The position numbers and the translations under genes were made by a program. 64,000 nucleotides of DNA, taken from IMG/VR virus record IMGVR_UViG_3300006920_000039; one strand, 5' to 3'. A model generated the notes under the pieces. The model searched no databases and had not been told where the DNA came from. It saw nothing but the letters and a program-made list of their open reading frames with translations. Positions 47,727 through 56,675 of the stretch are shown here, piece after piece (position 1 is the first letter of the stretch; the number at the start of each line of letters is the position of its first letter). This stretch comes from an uncultured virus (IMG/VR IMGVR_UViG_3300006920_000039). Lineage: Duplodnaviria; Heunggongvirae; Uroviricota; Caudoviricetes; Schitoviridae.

Positions 47727-48938
47727 TTAGGATAGGGCGTAGTCCGCTTTGCGCACCTTTGAGGCGATGTCGCCTGCTTTCACAATAGGTAGATAATTAC
47801 CTAGAATCTGAGAAGCGATGTAAGAAAGCAACTCTGATGCAGCGATGTCTGCCAGTATCTCATTATACTGTTGACGCAAATCGTTGCCCTTATTCGGGGA
47901 AACCCGGAAGCAGTCATGGATAGAAATGACCGGGAAGGGTGTGTCAGGGAGAGATTTGATCAAATCCTTGATTGCCGTAGGGTCAACGTGACCCATATTC
48001 TCAGCATCCAGGTGGTCAAGGATACGAGCTGAAAGGAAGCCCGAAGTCTTGTAGCGAGCCCAGATAGTCTGGACCATGGTGTCTTGCTTGCGTCCTGTTC
48101 TGGTTCCCCATTCCCAACCATGCTTTTCCTGCTTGAGGATGGACATGATAAGAATCTGAAGAGTGTCTTGGTTGTAGGAACAACGACGGTGCATTTCACG
48201 GACGATCATTCCATCGATCGAGTGGACGATGTTCGGAGAGATGCTTTTGCCTTCCTTGGTTCCGATGTTCTCATTGGTCGTGACTGCCACCGGCTCGTTC
48301 AGAAACTGAACATACTTGGTGACAGGAGTGAGGACTGGGATGTGGACGTTGAAGTTGTCCGGCATCACCCAGTCATGGGAGAGGGCATCAGCCTGCCATA
48401 GCTGCTGCAGCGCATGGTTAAGAGCCCATGCACCTGGCGCCATTTTCTCCATGGTCTCGTAGAAGACCTTGAGCAATTCACCCTCACCGAAGACCTGCTT
48501 TGGCACAGCAGTGGATGAGTAGAGGGACGTCATAATGGCCTGCTTGGTGTCGTCGTGGCTGATCTTGGCAGTGTCGCCAATCTCATCGCACATAGCCTTG
48601 TAGATAAGCTTGTAGGCGTCTTCACGGTTGCCCGAGTTGACGACGTTGCAGAGCCGTGCGCTGTCCTCACAGCCTGTCAGGCAGGAGAGGAGCTGCAAAC
48701 CTGAAGCAGTGGCGTCGAGAGAGATGGCATAGCCAGTTGCTTGGCCCTTCTGAGCTTTGCGGTAGGCTTGAACACCTGCGAAATACATCGCTGGTTCTTC
48801 AGCCTGGCTCACGAGAGTTTCGAGGTCTGCTTCATTGCTGTCAGCCCAAGCGAGACGCTCGTCCCATGTGGATTTGCCAAGGCCAAAGTTAGAAGCAATA
48901 TCGATCTTGAGGTATTCGATTCCAGTGAAAGTTTGCAT
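47727..48938 (-). CDS. RNA polymerase II subunit 2 (N4 gp16-like)
   Basis: EYLKIDIASNFG, LDATASGLQ (motif A), KQAIMTSLY (B), NIVHSIDG, IHDCF (C). Confidence 0.93.
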   Translation of the reverse strand: MQTFTGIEYLKIDIASNFGLGKSTWDERLAWADSNEADLETLVSQAEEPAMYFAGVQAYRKAQKGQATGYAISLDATASGLQLLSCLTGCEDSARLCNVVNSGNREDAYKLIYKAMCDEIGDTAKISHDDTKQAIMTSLYSSTAVPKQVFGEGELLKVFYETMEKMAPGAWALNHALQQLWQADALSHDWVMPDNFNVHIPVLTPVTKYVQFLNEPVAVTTNENIGTKEGKSISPNIVHSIDGMIVREMHRRCSYNQDTLQILIMSILKQEKHGWEWGTRTGRKQDTMVQTIWARYKTSGFLSARILDHLDAENMGHVDPTAIKDLIKSLPDTPFPVISIHDCFRVSPNKGNDLRQQYNEILADIAASELLSYIASQILGNYLPIVKAGDIASKVRKADYALS

Positions 48939-49074
48939 GATAATGCTCCTAGATTTGAGGTTGATTAGAGGTTGCGTATGCACACCGATGGGATGCTGGA
49001 CAGCTGTCGCACCCGGTCACGACCACCATCGTCCCAGTTTACATCCTGAACGGTGACGGCGTGATACGTGATGG

Positions 49075-49914
49075 TCATGCTGCGATCTCTTTCTTGAGTT
49101 CGACACCTGTGATGATTTCTTCATCAGCAAACTCGATCACTGCTTTGTTCCAGTCGTTCCCTTGTGTGTTCACATGGTAACCCTGGGCATAGCAGCGGCC
49201 GCGCTTGTCGTATCGGTGTGTGAGGTGAAACTCGTTACCCGCCATGAAGAGATGCTCCATGACGTCACGAGATGTACGATCGTATTTCTGGAAGTTCCGG
49301 ACTTTGAGCGACCACTCCTTGTTGGTCTCGTTTGGTCCTTGTTGGTAGATGCCGGCCCATTCGTTCTGGATCATGCGAGCAGTTTCAGGATTGATGCACA
49401 GCTTCACCTGGTTCGCTCTGTTGATGTGATCGAGGCAGACGTCATCGTCGTGGTGGTTGTTCTTCAGCAAGATGGAGGCCTTGGAGGTGATGTAACCGGT
49501 GTCACGGTTGGTCTTCACTTCACGGGGCTCAATGACCATCGGGAGAGGATACTGGTATCTCTCGAGGTCGGCGTGTGTCTCTGCGGAGACGTCGATCAGC
49601 ATGATGAACTGTCTGGCCATCTCATCCCAGCGGATCAGATTTACTTCTGATGCTTTGACGAGCATGTCGGCGCAGTCCTGGAAGGCAGACTCTCCCGTCC
49701 CGAAGTGACGGTTGAGGATACCAACCAACATGCCCACAGTGGCCCGCTTGTGCAGGACCATCTGTGACAGGAGGTCGAGTGCGAAATCCAGCGGGATGCC
49801 AGATTCTACACAATGGTCGACGATGATAGGATCACGGAACTCAGACTTGAGCCGTGGCATTGTCTCATTCTTGTTGAAGAGCTTTTCAAGCTCGATCTGG
49901 TTCTGGATGTCCAT
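49075..49914 (-). CDS. RNA polymerase II subunit 1 (N4 gp15-like)
   Basis: YQYPLPMVIEP, HDDDVCLDHIN, THRYDKRGRCYAQGYHVNTQG. Confidence 0.93.
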   Translation of the reverse strand: MDIQNQIELEKLFNKNETMPRLKSEFRDPIIVDHCVESGIPLDFALDLLSQMVLHKRATVGMLVGILNRHFGTGESAFQDCADMLVKASEVNLIRWDEMARQFIMLIDVSAETHADLERYQYPLPMVIEPREVKTNRDTGYITSKASILLKNNHHDDDVCLDHINRANQVKLCINPETARMIQNEWAGIYQQGPNETNKEWSLKVRNFQKYDRTSRDVMEHLFMAGNEFHLTHRYDKRGRCYAQGYHVNTQGNDWNKAVIEFADEEIITGVELKKEIAA

Positions 49915-49932
49915 GATAATGGCTCCTGTGTT

Positions 49933-50301
49933 TTAGGGTTTCGACATTGGAAGATCGGTGACTGGCATGTTGAGCTTGGCTGCGACCCTCCTGACCATCT
50001 CACTTTTGGTGTTTTGCTTGGCCTTGAGGTTCATCATTGCGTTGTGAACGAGCTTGTCGCTCTGGTTTAAGGAGTTGGCGATATCGACAGGGAGAGCATC
50101 GAGGAAGAGATCGAACTCAGCGTGATTACCAATGTGAGGCACAGGGTAATCGGTGTATCTGTAGACGCTGCCCACCTCGTAAATGATGGCTATGTCCATG
50201 GCGTAGCGAAGCCATGTGCGGAACTCACAGGTGTCCATCTGGGTCTCACCAGTGGTGCGCATCCAGTTACGGACACGTGGGTTGTCATAGATTGAAGCCA
50301 T
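49933..50301 (-). CDS. Early hypothetical protein
   Basis: 122 aa; AAGGAG RBS. Confidence 0.65.
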   Translation of the reverse strand: MASIYDNPRVRNWMRTTGETQMDTCEFRTWLRYAMDIAIIYEVGSVYRYTDYPVPHIGNHAEFDLFLDALPVDIANSLNQSDKLVHNAMMNLKAKQNTKSEMVRRVAAKLNMPVTDLPMSKP

Positions 50302-50324
50302 GACTTTCTCCTTAGATTTGAGGA

Positions 50325-50564
50325 TTATGTTTCAACTGGAACGAGATCACGGGAGAGCCATTTGCCCGTCAGGGCTACAGAGACGAGCAGCCAAATTGGA
50401 TTGCCTGCTATCCAGTGGATCTCTTGTGAAGAGTATCCGAAGCCCAGCTCGATGATGATTGACACGACGGCTATCGCTGCGAAGAGGACCAGAGGTCCTA
50501 CGACGCAGCAGAGCACGACAAAATTATACAGGTCCCGCCGAGTGGCAGGGAGATGATAGTCCAT
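50325..50564 (-). CDS. Early membrane protein
   Basis: Two hydrophobic segments. Confidence 0.55.
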   Translation of the reverse strand: MDYHLPATRRDLYNFVVLCCVVGPLVLFAAIAVVSIIIELGFGYSSQEIHWIAGNPIWLLVSVALTGKWLSRDLVPVET

Positions 50565-50582
50565 AATTTATGTGCTTTCTGG

Positions 50583-50804
50583 TTAGAGCCGGTCGTTGAT
50601 GCGAACGGCTTGCTCTTTGACTTGCTTGAGGGTGAGAGTTTCGGTCTTCAAAATACCGTTTACAAAATTGACAGCCAGGACAGCTCCTCGGAGCTGTTCA
50701 TAGCTGATGGTGACGGATCCCTGGTCAAGGAGCAGGGCCATGGTCTCGTCATCTATCAAGCCGTTTGAGAACGCCTCGGCCTTGAAAGGTATTTGCCGCC
50801 TCAT
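50583..50804 (-). CDS. Early hypothetical protein
   Basis: ATGA-coupled chain of small ORFs. Confidence 0.55.
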   Translation of the reverse strand: MRRQIPFKAEAFSNGLIDDETMALLLDQGSVTISYEQLRGAVLAVNFVNGILKTETLTLKQVKEQAVRINDRL

Positions 50805-50992
50805 GAGTCTTTGAGCGGATACAGCTTCTCCAGGGCGCTGAGGCTTTTGTTGCTATCACTCGCCAGGACTTCTTGGATATCCCGGATTTTGACTTTGCCG
50901 CCTTCGGCTCTTTTGGTTGAAGGACGTTCAGGTGCAGAGGCGATAGCCCATCCACCATATTGAGTGCATTGGTAATAAACGAAGAGGTTCAT
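50801..50992 (-). CDS. Early hypothetical protein
   Basis: ATGA-coupled chain of small ORFs. Confidence 0.55.
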   Translation of the reverse strand: MNLFVYYQCTQYGGWAIASAPERPSTKRAEGGKVKIRDIQEVLASDSNKSLSALEKLYPLKDS

Positions 50993-51222
50993 GATTTTGG
51001 TTCCTGTTGATGGGCAGCGATACGCTGAGCTAAACGCTCAGATTTGAGAGTTTTTGTGCGGCCAATGATGGAGAGGACGATGACTGCCGGCAGCACGCCG
51101 AAGAGGGCGAAGAAGCCCCATAGAAACTTGTTTCTTCCCCAGTTGTTTGCCCAGTTCCCAACGACGAGAACGAGCATGAGGTTGATGAAGATTTGGATGA
51201 AAAGAACGGGATCGAAGTCCAT
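50989..51222 (-). CDS. Early membrane protein
   Basis: Two TM segments, GRNKFLWG. Confidence 0.6.
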   Translation of the reverse strand: MDFDPVLFIQIFINLMLVLVVGNWANNWGRNKFLWGFFALFGVLPAVIVLSIIGRTKTLKSERLAQRIAAHQQEPKS

Positions 51223-51234
51223 GATAATGGCCCC

Positions 51235-51750
51235 TTAGAGTTTTGAGAGGATTTCACCGATGCCACCTGCGAAGTCGTCAGGTGACATGGCGCCGAGATC
51301 GAACACAGGGATGCCTGCGTCTTTAGCGATGCGAATAGCTTGCCCTGTGCCACCTCCGGCTTTGCCTTCCGGTGTCCAACAGGCCACGAAGAGCGCAGGA
51401 TCGTTCAGGGTTGGGCCCAGGAGCTGGTGAGCATTCCTGGCCATGAGAAGGCGTGAACCGTCTGAGAGGCGTGTCCAGCCTGGGTGGTAGTTCTCCGAGA
51501 GACGAAGAGCCTCTTGTGTTGGTGTGAAGTATTGGCTTGGGTGATCGTTGAAACCTTTCCAAGGCAGGAAGATCTCTTTGTTTCTTGGATCAGTGATGTC
51601 ACAGCCACGCTCGAAAGCTGCGTCTGCTCCTGCTGCTGCCCCTGATCTCAAAGTGAGACCGATTTCACAGAGCTGACGGCCAGCGTCTGCCATCATCACG
51701 AGAATGTCGTTGGGTGTGGCTCGAGCGCCTATCCCTGCATAAAATGGCAT
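51235..51750 (-). CDS. SLOG/DprA-like protein
   Basis: YAGIGAR, LRSGAAAGADAAFE, ARNAHQ, GGTGQAIRIA...IPVF. Confidence 0.8.
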   Translation of the reverse strand: MPFYAGIGARATPNDILVMMADAGRQLCEIGLTLRSGAAAGADAAFERGCDITDPRNKEIFLPWKGFNDHPSQYFTPTQEALRLSENYHPGWTRLSDGSRLLMARNAHQLLGPTLNDPALFVACWTPEGKAGGGTGQAIRIAKDAGIPVFDLGAMSPDDFAGGIGEILSKL

Positions 51751-51784
51751 GATTTGGTCCTTAGATTTGGGAAATACGGCCCAG

Positions 51785-51795
51785 CCGCGGAGCGG
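51785..51795 (-). promoter_or_regulatory. N4-type vRNAP hairpin promoter (4-bp stem)
   Basis: CCGC-GGA-GCGG on the template (+) strand upstream of an early gene. Confidence 0.55.
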
Positions 51796-51931
51796 GCATA
51801 TCAACGGGAGTTAGGGCATAGGGTGTCTTTAGTAGATTCGATCGATGTATCGGTGGTCTGGCCTTTAGGTTGTGGAACTATCTGGTGAATGTATCAAGCG
51901 GATAATTGAGAACTATCCTCTAGATGTTTTA

Positions 51932-51959
51932 AGGCCCAAGGGAGAAATCCCTTGAGCCT
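51932..51959 (-). terminator. Hairpin downstream of the gp2-like gene
   Basis: CAAGGGA-GAAA-TCCCTTG with extended AGGC/GCCT pairing. Confidence 0.5.
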
Positions 51960-51998
51960 CAAACCTAGGTACTGGTTAACAAACAGAGTTAGCTTGGA

Positions 51999-52421
51999 TC
52001 AGCTTCCGAACTTGGCGTTCATAGCTGCAAGCAGTGGGTTGTCAGCAGGTGCAATAGCCGGTGCAGAGCCGACGCGCTTCAGCTGGATTTCCAGACCTGC
52101 AACGACTTGCTCGCCTCCGGACTCAAGGCCATTGCCAGCGTCCTTCAGCTTGGCCAACAGTGCGTTCTTCACTGCAACCATGTTCAACCAATCGGCATTT
52201 TTGCCTTTGGCGACCATGTCTTCCATCGTGTCGAGCGGAAGGCCAAATGGCAGTGCAACAAACGTGTCTTGCGTCGTGCCGTCTGCCTGCACGATTGGCA
52301 GTGTGATACCAACGTTCAGCCATACTTCGGCCTTTGGCTTATTGGCGTAATCGTTTACAGGCGTTGCTGCTGGAGCTGCTGCCTGGGCACCGAGAGCTGC
52401 GAAGTTGAGAGTAGATGTCAT
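51999..52421 (-). CDS. N4 gp2-like ssDNA-binding activator of RNAP II
   Basis: KPKAEVWLNVG...FVALPFGLPLDTM; early position behind a hairpin promoter. Confidence 0.78.
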   Translation of the reverse strand: MTSTLNFAALGAQAAAPAATPVNDYANKPKAEVWLNVGITLPIVQADGTTQDTFVALPFGLPLDTMEDMVAKGKNADWLNMVAVKNALLAKLKDAGNGLESGGEQVVAGLEIQLKRVGSAPAIAPADNPLLAAMNAKFGS

Positions 52422-52490
52422 AGTGAATCCTCCTTAAGGATTTATGGTATTAAAGGTTGAGCCGTCCGATCCCACACCGGACAGCCTCTT

Positions 52491-52505
52491 AGACGCGGAG
52501 CGTCT
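52491..52505 (-). promoter_or_regulatory. N4-type vRNAP hairpin promoter
   Basis: AGACGC-GGA-GCGTCT perfect 6-bp stem with 3-nt loop. Confidence 0.8.
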
Positions 52506-52526
52506 TCTTCTCTTGGTTCCAAGAGG

Positions 52527-52700
52527 TTAGCTAATATCGGGGAAGATCTGATCGAGGATGAAGGCGTCGAAGTCTTCAGAGATGAAGTCGGTGTCGTTCT
52601 CACTGGTGATGCCAGCGGACATGTGAAGATCGAAGGGTGAGATCTGGTCCAGCTCTGCGCTGACACGAGGTGACAGGACGCTGTCTGTTGGGTGGTACAT
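52527..52700 (-). CDS. Early acidic hypothetical protein
   Basis: GGAG RBS before MYHPTDS; 57 aa. Confidence 0.5.
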   Translation of the reverse strand: MYHPTDSVLSPRVSAELDQISPFDLHMSAGITSENDTDFISEDFDAFILDQIFPDIS

Positions 52701-52717
52701 TAGAATTTTACTCCAGT

Positions 52718-52942
52718 TTAACGGTTGCGGATGTTTGCAAAGCGACCAAGCTGAGTTGCAGCTTTTTGTTCTTGCTTTGCTTGGACGAGTTCGTTGATGC
52801 CACCCAACAAGAGCTGGGTTGCGAAGTAGATCCCGAACAGCGTGAATGCGATCACGAGAACTCCGGTTTGGTGTTCCTGGATCATCAACAGAGTTGTCAC
52901 GCAGACGAGAATGGGGACGAGATAGTTGGTGAAGGTTCTCAT
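52718..52942 (-). CDS. Early membrane protein
   Basis: Two TM segments; AGGAG RBS. Confidence 0.6.
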   Translation of the reverse strand: MRTFTNYLVPILVCVTTLLMIQEHQTGVLVIAFTLFGIYFATQLLLGGINELVQAKQEQKAATQLGRFANIRNR

Positions 52943-52995
52943 GAGAGATAACTCCTAGTTCACGGTTTGTTCCTGAGGGTATTCCCAAGAGCCGC

Positions 52996-53013
52996 CAGCC
53001 GCGGAGTCGGCTG
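52996..53013 (-). promoter_or_regulatory. N4-type vRNAP hairpin promoter (bulged)
   Basis: CAGCCGC-GGA-G(T)CGGCTG. Confidence 0.55.
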
Positions 53014-53136
53014 TCCAACAGTAGCAAGCAGTACAGTTGGGGAATGAAGGAGAGCAGAAGCTATCTTGTGCTATCTTCTGGTGTTCTCTTCCCTTGCCCC
53101 GAGGCTTGCGCCTCAGGGTATAGGGAGAGTTTAGGT

Positions 53137-53472
53137 TTAGGCGGCTTCTACGGCAGCGGTGATTTTAGCGAGAGCTGTGGTGAAGAATTGTTCGCGGTCA
53201 AATGGCTTGCCCGGAAAGTTACGTGCATGGGTTTCTGCCATGAGATCAGTGTGTTCGGTGGTGGCCCGCATGATTTCGTCGTCTTGGACAATGACGAGTT
53301 GGGCAGCGGTGTTAAGGGTTACGCGCTTGTGCATAAGGGATGCTTTGGAGTCGAGCATATCTACTCCACGAGCGGCAGTGGTGATGAGTTGGGTGGATAC
53401 GTCTGCGACTTTGGTTACTACGTCAAAGACAGATGAGGTGGAACGGCGAGCGGATTGGATGACGGATGTCAT
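53137..53472 (-). CDS. First early gene, hypothetical protein
   Basis: AGGAG RBS; directly behind the outermost hairpin promoter. Confidence 0.7.
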   Translation of the reverse strand: MTSVIQSARRSTSSVFDVVTKVADVSTQLITTAARGVDMLDSKASLMHKRVTLNTAAQLVIVQDDEIMRATTEHTDLMAETHARNFPGKPFDREQFFTTALAKITAAVEAA

Positions 53473-53507
53473 ATGGGTTAACTCCTAGGTTATGGGATTG
53501 CTACGCA

Positions 53508-53520
53508 GACGCGGAGCGTC
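53508..53520 (-). promoter_or_regulatory. N4-type vRNAP hairpin promoter
   Basis: GACGC-GGA-GCGTC 5-bp stem; same core as 52491. Confidence 0.78.
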
Positions 53521-53756
53521 GAGGAACTAGGGAGAGGTGGTTGAGTGGGAGAGGGAGATACCGGGGGGGTATGTTGTGTTTTATCTGTGTGTACCTACAA
53601 CCCTACCTCAAAACACCTCCACCAAAAAATATGAATTCGCAAAATATCCATAAGTACATTTCCCAGATGTATCATTCCCATATTTAGTGGCAATCGGCTT
53701 GATCTGGTGGTAGATGAGGTCATCTTTTATCCACAATTTATGAAGGGCCTAGAATT

Positions 53757-54041
53757 ATGCCAAAGAATGCGATCACTGATGTAGCCCAAGGTGTCTGGAC
53801 AGAGCTGACTGATGCAGATGTGACGAATGTCTCTTTCCAGAACACCGGGTTAGCACCTGTTTATGTTGTGGCCACTGTGGGCGCTGTAGCCCCTGTGAGC
53901 ATTCATGGGGCGTACCGGTACGTGGCTGGCAAAGGAGAGGCGAACGCTGCCCTGGTTGACCTGTGGCCCGGTGTAGATGGAGGCAATCGGATATGGGGAT
54001 GGGCTAAATCTCCTGGTTCCATGTCTGTGAGCCATGCCTAG
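53757..54041 (+). CDS. Hypothetical beta-rich protein
   Basis: 94-aa ORF, first + strand gene after the divergence. Confidence 0.65.
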   Translation: MPKNAITDVAQGVWTELTDADVTNVSFQNTGLAPVYVVATVGAVAPVSIHGAYRYVAGKGEANAALVDLWPGVDGGNRIWGWAKSPGSMSVSHA

Positions 54042-54174
54042 CAAGTTGTGAATATGAGAGGCATATCTAGCTGGTATGCCTCTTTGATCTAGCTGTGATC
54101 TAAGTTGACACCCGGTTGATATTTTCCTATTAGGATCGGAGATCCTAACCAGAGAATGCCCGGGAGGAAGTCAT

Positions 54175-54528
54175 GTGACCAGCTTGATAATTGCGAAGGA
54201 AATCACCCAAGGGGATACCTTCAAAGCCGGGATTACGGTGACCCGCACTGTGAGTGATGTGGTGGGGCCGGTTGATCTGACAGGTGTGACGATCACTTCT
54301 AAGGCCAAAACACTGAATGGGGTTCTTGTTGCAGTCATGGACATTATTGTCGTGGATCTGGTCAATGGGAAGTTCCAGGTGCGGAGTGAGAGCTCTGTGT
54401 CAGATGCTGAGAGCGGTGGCGGTGCGTGGCCCCGTGGGAAGCTGAAGTGGGATATCCAGTTCATAGAGGCCGGGGATACTTGGTCTATGCCTGTACGGGG
54501 TATTCTGGTGGGTGAGGATAATACCTAA
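54175..54528 (+). CDS. Putative virion adaptor protein (BppU-N-like)
   Basis: ITQGDTF...VDLTGVTITS...WDIQF pattern; GGAGG RBS. Confidence 0.6.
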   Translation: MTSLIIAKEITQGDTFKAGITVTRTVSDVVGPVDLTGVTITSKAKTLNGVLVAVMDIIVVDLVNGKFQVRSESSVSDAESGGGAWPRGKLKWDIQFIEAGDTWSMPVRGILVGEDNT

Positions 54529-54998
54529 TGGCCGCCGGTGTCCTGATTGAACCAGAGGTGACCCAGGTTACCATTGACGGTGGGGACACGCAGGTTGCTG
54601 TGGATGTGGGGCTGACGGCCTTTTTGATTGAGTTTGAGGAGACCGATCCTGTTGTTGAGGTGACCATAGGTGGGTTCACAACGACAGTGGAGGTGGCCCC
54701 GGCTGACCCAGTTAGCCTGGTGGTGGAGCACGAGGAGATCACTGTGCTGATCTCAAGTGACATTGCGGTGTCCGAGGGGGGAAGCGGCGGTTCCTCGTTT
54801 CTAGCCGCGCCCGAGGAGTTGGATGACTCTGATGATGTGTATTTCTATTTTGGCTGGGCAGTTGTGAATGGCAACTGGCTGGTGCGCCGGCAGACGAGGC
54901 TTACAGCGGCGTATATGGATGCCGTGATTGCCACTAATGCGGGTGAAGCGGACCTGGCAGCCGCATGGGCCCTTAGGGCAAGTCTCTCTTATACCTGA
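54528..54998 (+). CDS. Putative structural protein
   Basis: Val/Glu-rich N-terminus; C-terminal AWALRASLSY. Confidence 0.6.
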   Translation: MAAGVLIEPEVTQVTIDGGDTQVAVDVGLTAFLIEFEETDPVVEVTIGGFTTTVEVAPADPVSLVVEHEEITVLISSDIAVSEGGSGGSSFLAAPEELDDSDDVYFYFGWAVVNGNWLVRRQTRLTAAYMDAVIATNAGEADLAAAWALRASLSYT

Positions 54999-55013
54999 AT
55001 TTGGAGTTTTCTG

Positions 55014-56579
55014 ATGACCACTGTGACATTCAACGGCGTCAGGGTAACCGATTCAAACGCCTCCACTGGTTGGGGGAACAATGGTGGTGGTGGCCCTTCA
55101 CCAGCTGCAGAGCCTCAGCTGGCGTATCAAAAGCCAAACGCTGTTAACCGGAAAGTGACCACGACGGCGAGTTTGACCGGTGTGGAGTACAATGGGGGCT
55201 CTAATAATATGGTGGCGTCCCACCCTTTGTTCATTTTCAAGGGAAAAGTGGCTGACGCTGGAGACTTGAACACCACTTATGGGCTGCAAGCTATATTCGG
55301 GTCTGCTGCAGGCGCGGCCTACCAGTATAATTTGTCCGGCAGCGGCGCGAACAACGATCAGTTTGTCGGTGGGTATAATTCCCAAGGTGGTCTGGCCGAG
55401 GGCTATGTGATTGCCGCGATAAACCCTTCGATTGCCCAGTGGCGAGAGGGCACAGTCGGGTCTCCGACTCTCACTGCAGTTGCGTATTATGCAATTGGGG
55501 CCCAGTTTGTGGTTGGCGGCGCCAAATCTGAGAACGTCGGAATGGACGCAATCGATTTGGCTACAGGTCTGGATTATTCCGGAACTCTATTCGACTTCCT
55601 AGATGCGGTCCTCCTAGACCAAGACATCGATACAAACCGGTGGGGGCTTGCCTGCCGGAACGGCTCTGTCATCAGTTTGCGTGGCCTTCAGCGACTTGGC
55701 ACTGCTGCCATGTCAGGGACTGACGTGAGCACGGTAATTTTCCCGGATGGGTATCACGGCACGGGCGACTGCGGATTTGAGCTGAATACGGGCGCGGCGC
55801 GCACCTATGGTCTTGCTGGTTCATACCGAGGGTTGGGCCGGATTTACGGGGCCGACGACACTCGACCCAATATCACCGTAATCGGTGACGCCTCTGGTAG
55901 CGTGCCCATCACAGGTGCCCTTGAGAACTTCAACTCGATCACACTGAATGCCGGGACCCCGGTAACAGGCGCGATCCTGGGCTTCACAACCCTGGTTCCC
56001 GGTGCAGCCGCTATTTCTGGTTCCCAGCTGAAAACAAACGCGGCCGTAAACGTGGCGGCCATCGTCGATCCTGATTTCACGAAACTCAGCCAGAACCTCT
56101 TTAGCCAAGTAGGCCTGGGTCATGCGATAGAGATCACTTCTCCCGGCACGTACATCTCAGTGGGCAACGACTTCGGCGGCTACGGTGCGACTGGTTCAGG
56201 CGATGCCGTGATCTATAACAACTCAGGCGGCCTGGTAACAATTCTCGTGACCTCTGGTGGCCAGTCTCCAACGTACCGTAACGGGGCAGGGGCCTCGACT
56301 GTTGTCAGCAACCCAGCAACGGTGACCTTCACCGGGATTCCAAATGGTCTGGAAGGCCGGGTGCGTAAAGGCGCGTTCTCAATCTTCTTTGAGGCCAGCA
56401 TCACCGGGAACCAGTTCGTCCATAGTTATACATACGGGGTTGATGAAGAAGTCACGATAACGATCGGGGGAGTCGCAGATGATTCCATCTCTTATGAGCG
56501 CCAGATCTTCAAGATAACCTTGACAGGTGGGGACGCAAGAATCCCTCTTTCATTTTCCCCTAATCCGTCATACATATGA
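55014..56579 (+). CDS. Putative virion appendage protein
   Basis: 521 aa, Gly/Thr/Asn-rich beta composition; GGAG RBS. Confidence 0.6.
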   Translation: MTTVTFNGVRVTDSNASTGWGNNGGGGPSPAAEPQLAYQKPNAVNRKVTTTASLTGVEYNGGSNNMVASHPLFIFKGKVADAGDLNTTYGLQAIFGSAAGAAYQYNLSGSGANNDQFVGGYNSQGGLAEGYVIAAINPSIAQWREGTVGSPTLTAVAYYAIGAQFVVGGAKSENVGMDAIDLATGLDYSGTLFDFLDAVLLDQDIDTNRWGLACRNGSVISLRGLQRLGTAAMSGTDVSTVIFPDGYHGTGDCGFELNTGAARTYGLAGSYRGLGRIYGADDTRPNITVIGDASGSVPITGALENFNSITLNAGTPVTGAILGFTTLVPGAAAISGSQLKTNAAVNVAAIVDPDFTKLSQNLFSQVGLGHAIEITSPGTYISVGNDFGGYGATGSGDAVIYNNSGGLVTILVTSGGQSPTYRNGAGASTVVSNPATVTFTGIPNGLEGRVRKGAFSIFFEASITGNQFVHSYTYGVDEEVTITIGGVADDSISYERQIFKITLTGGDARIPLSFSPNPSYI

Positions 56580-56675
56580 TCGAAATTATCTAGCATTTTC
56601 CATTTGATCCTACTTGGGATGATTGGGGCAATTATCTAGAGATTTGCACAATCCCCAATCATCATAGGTAGAGAA

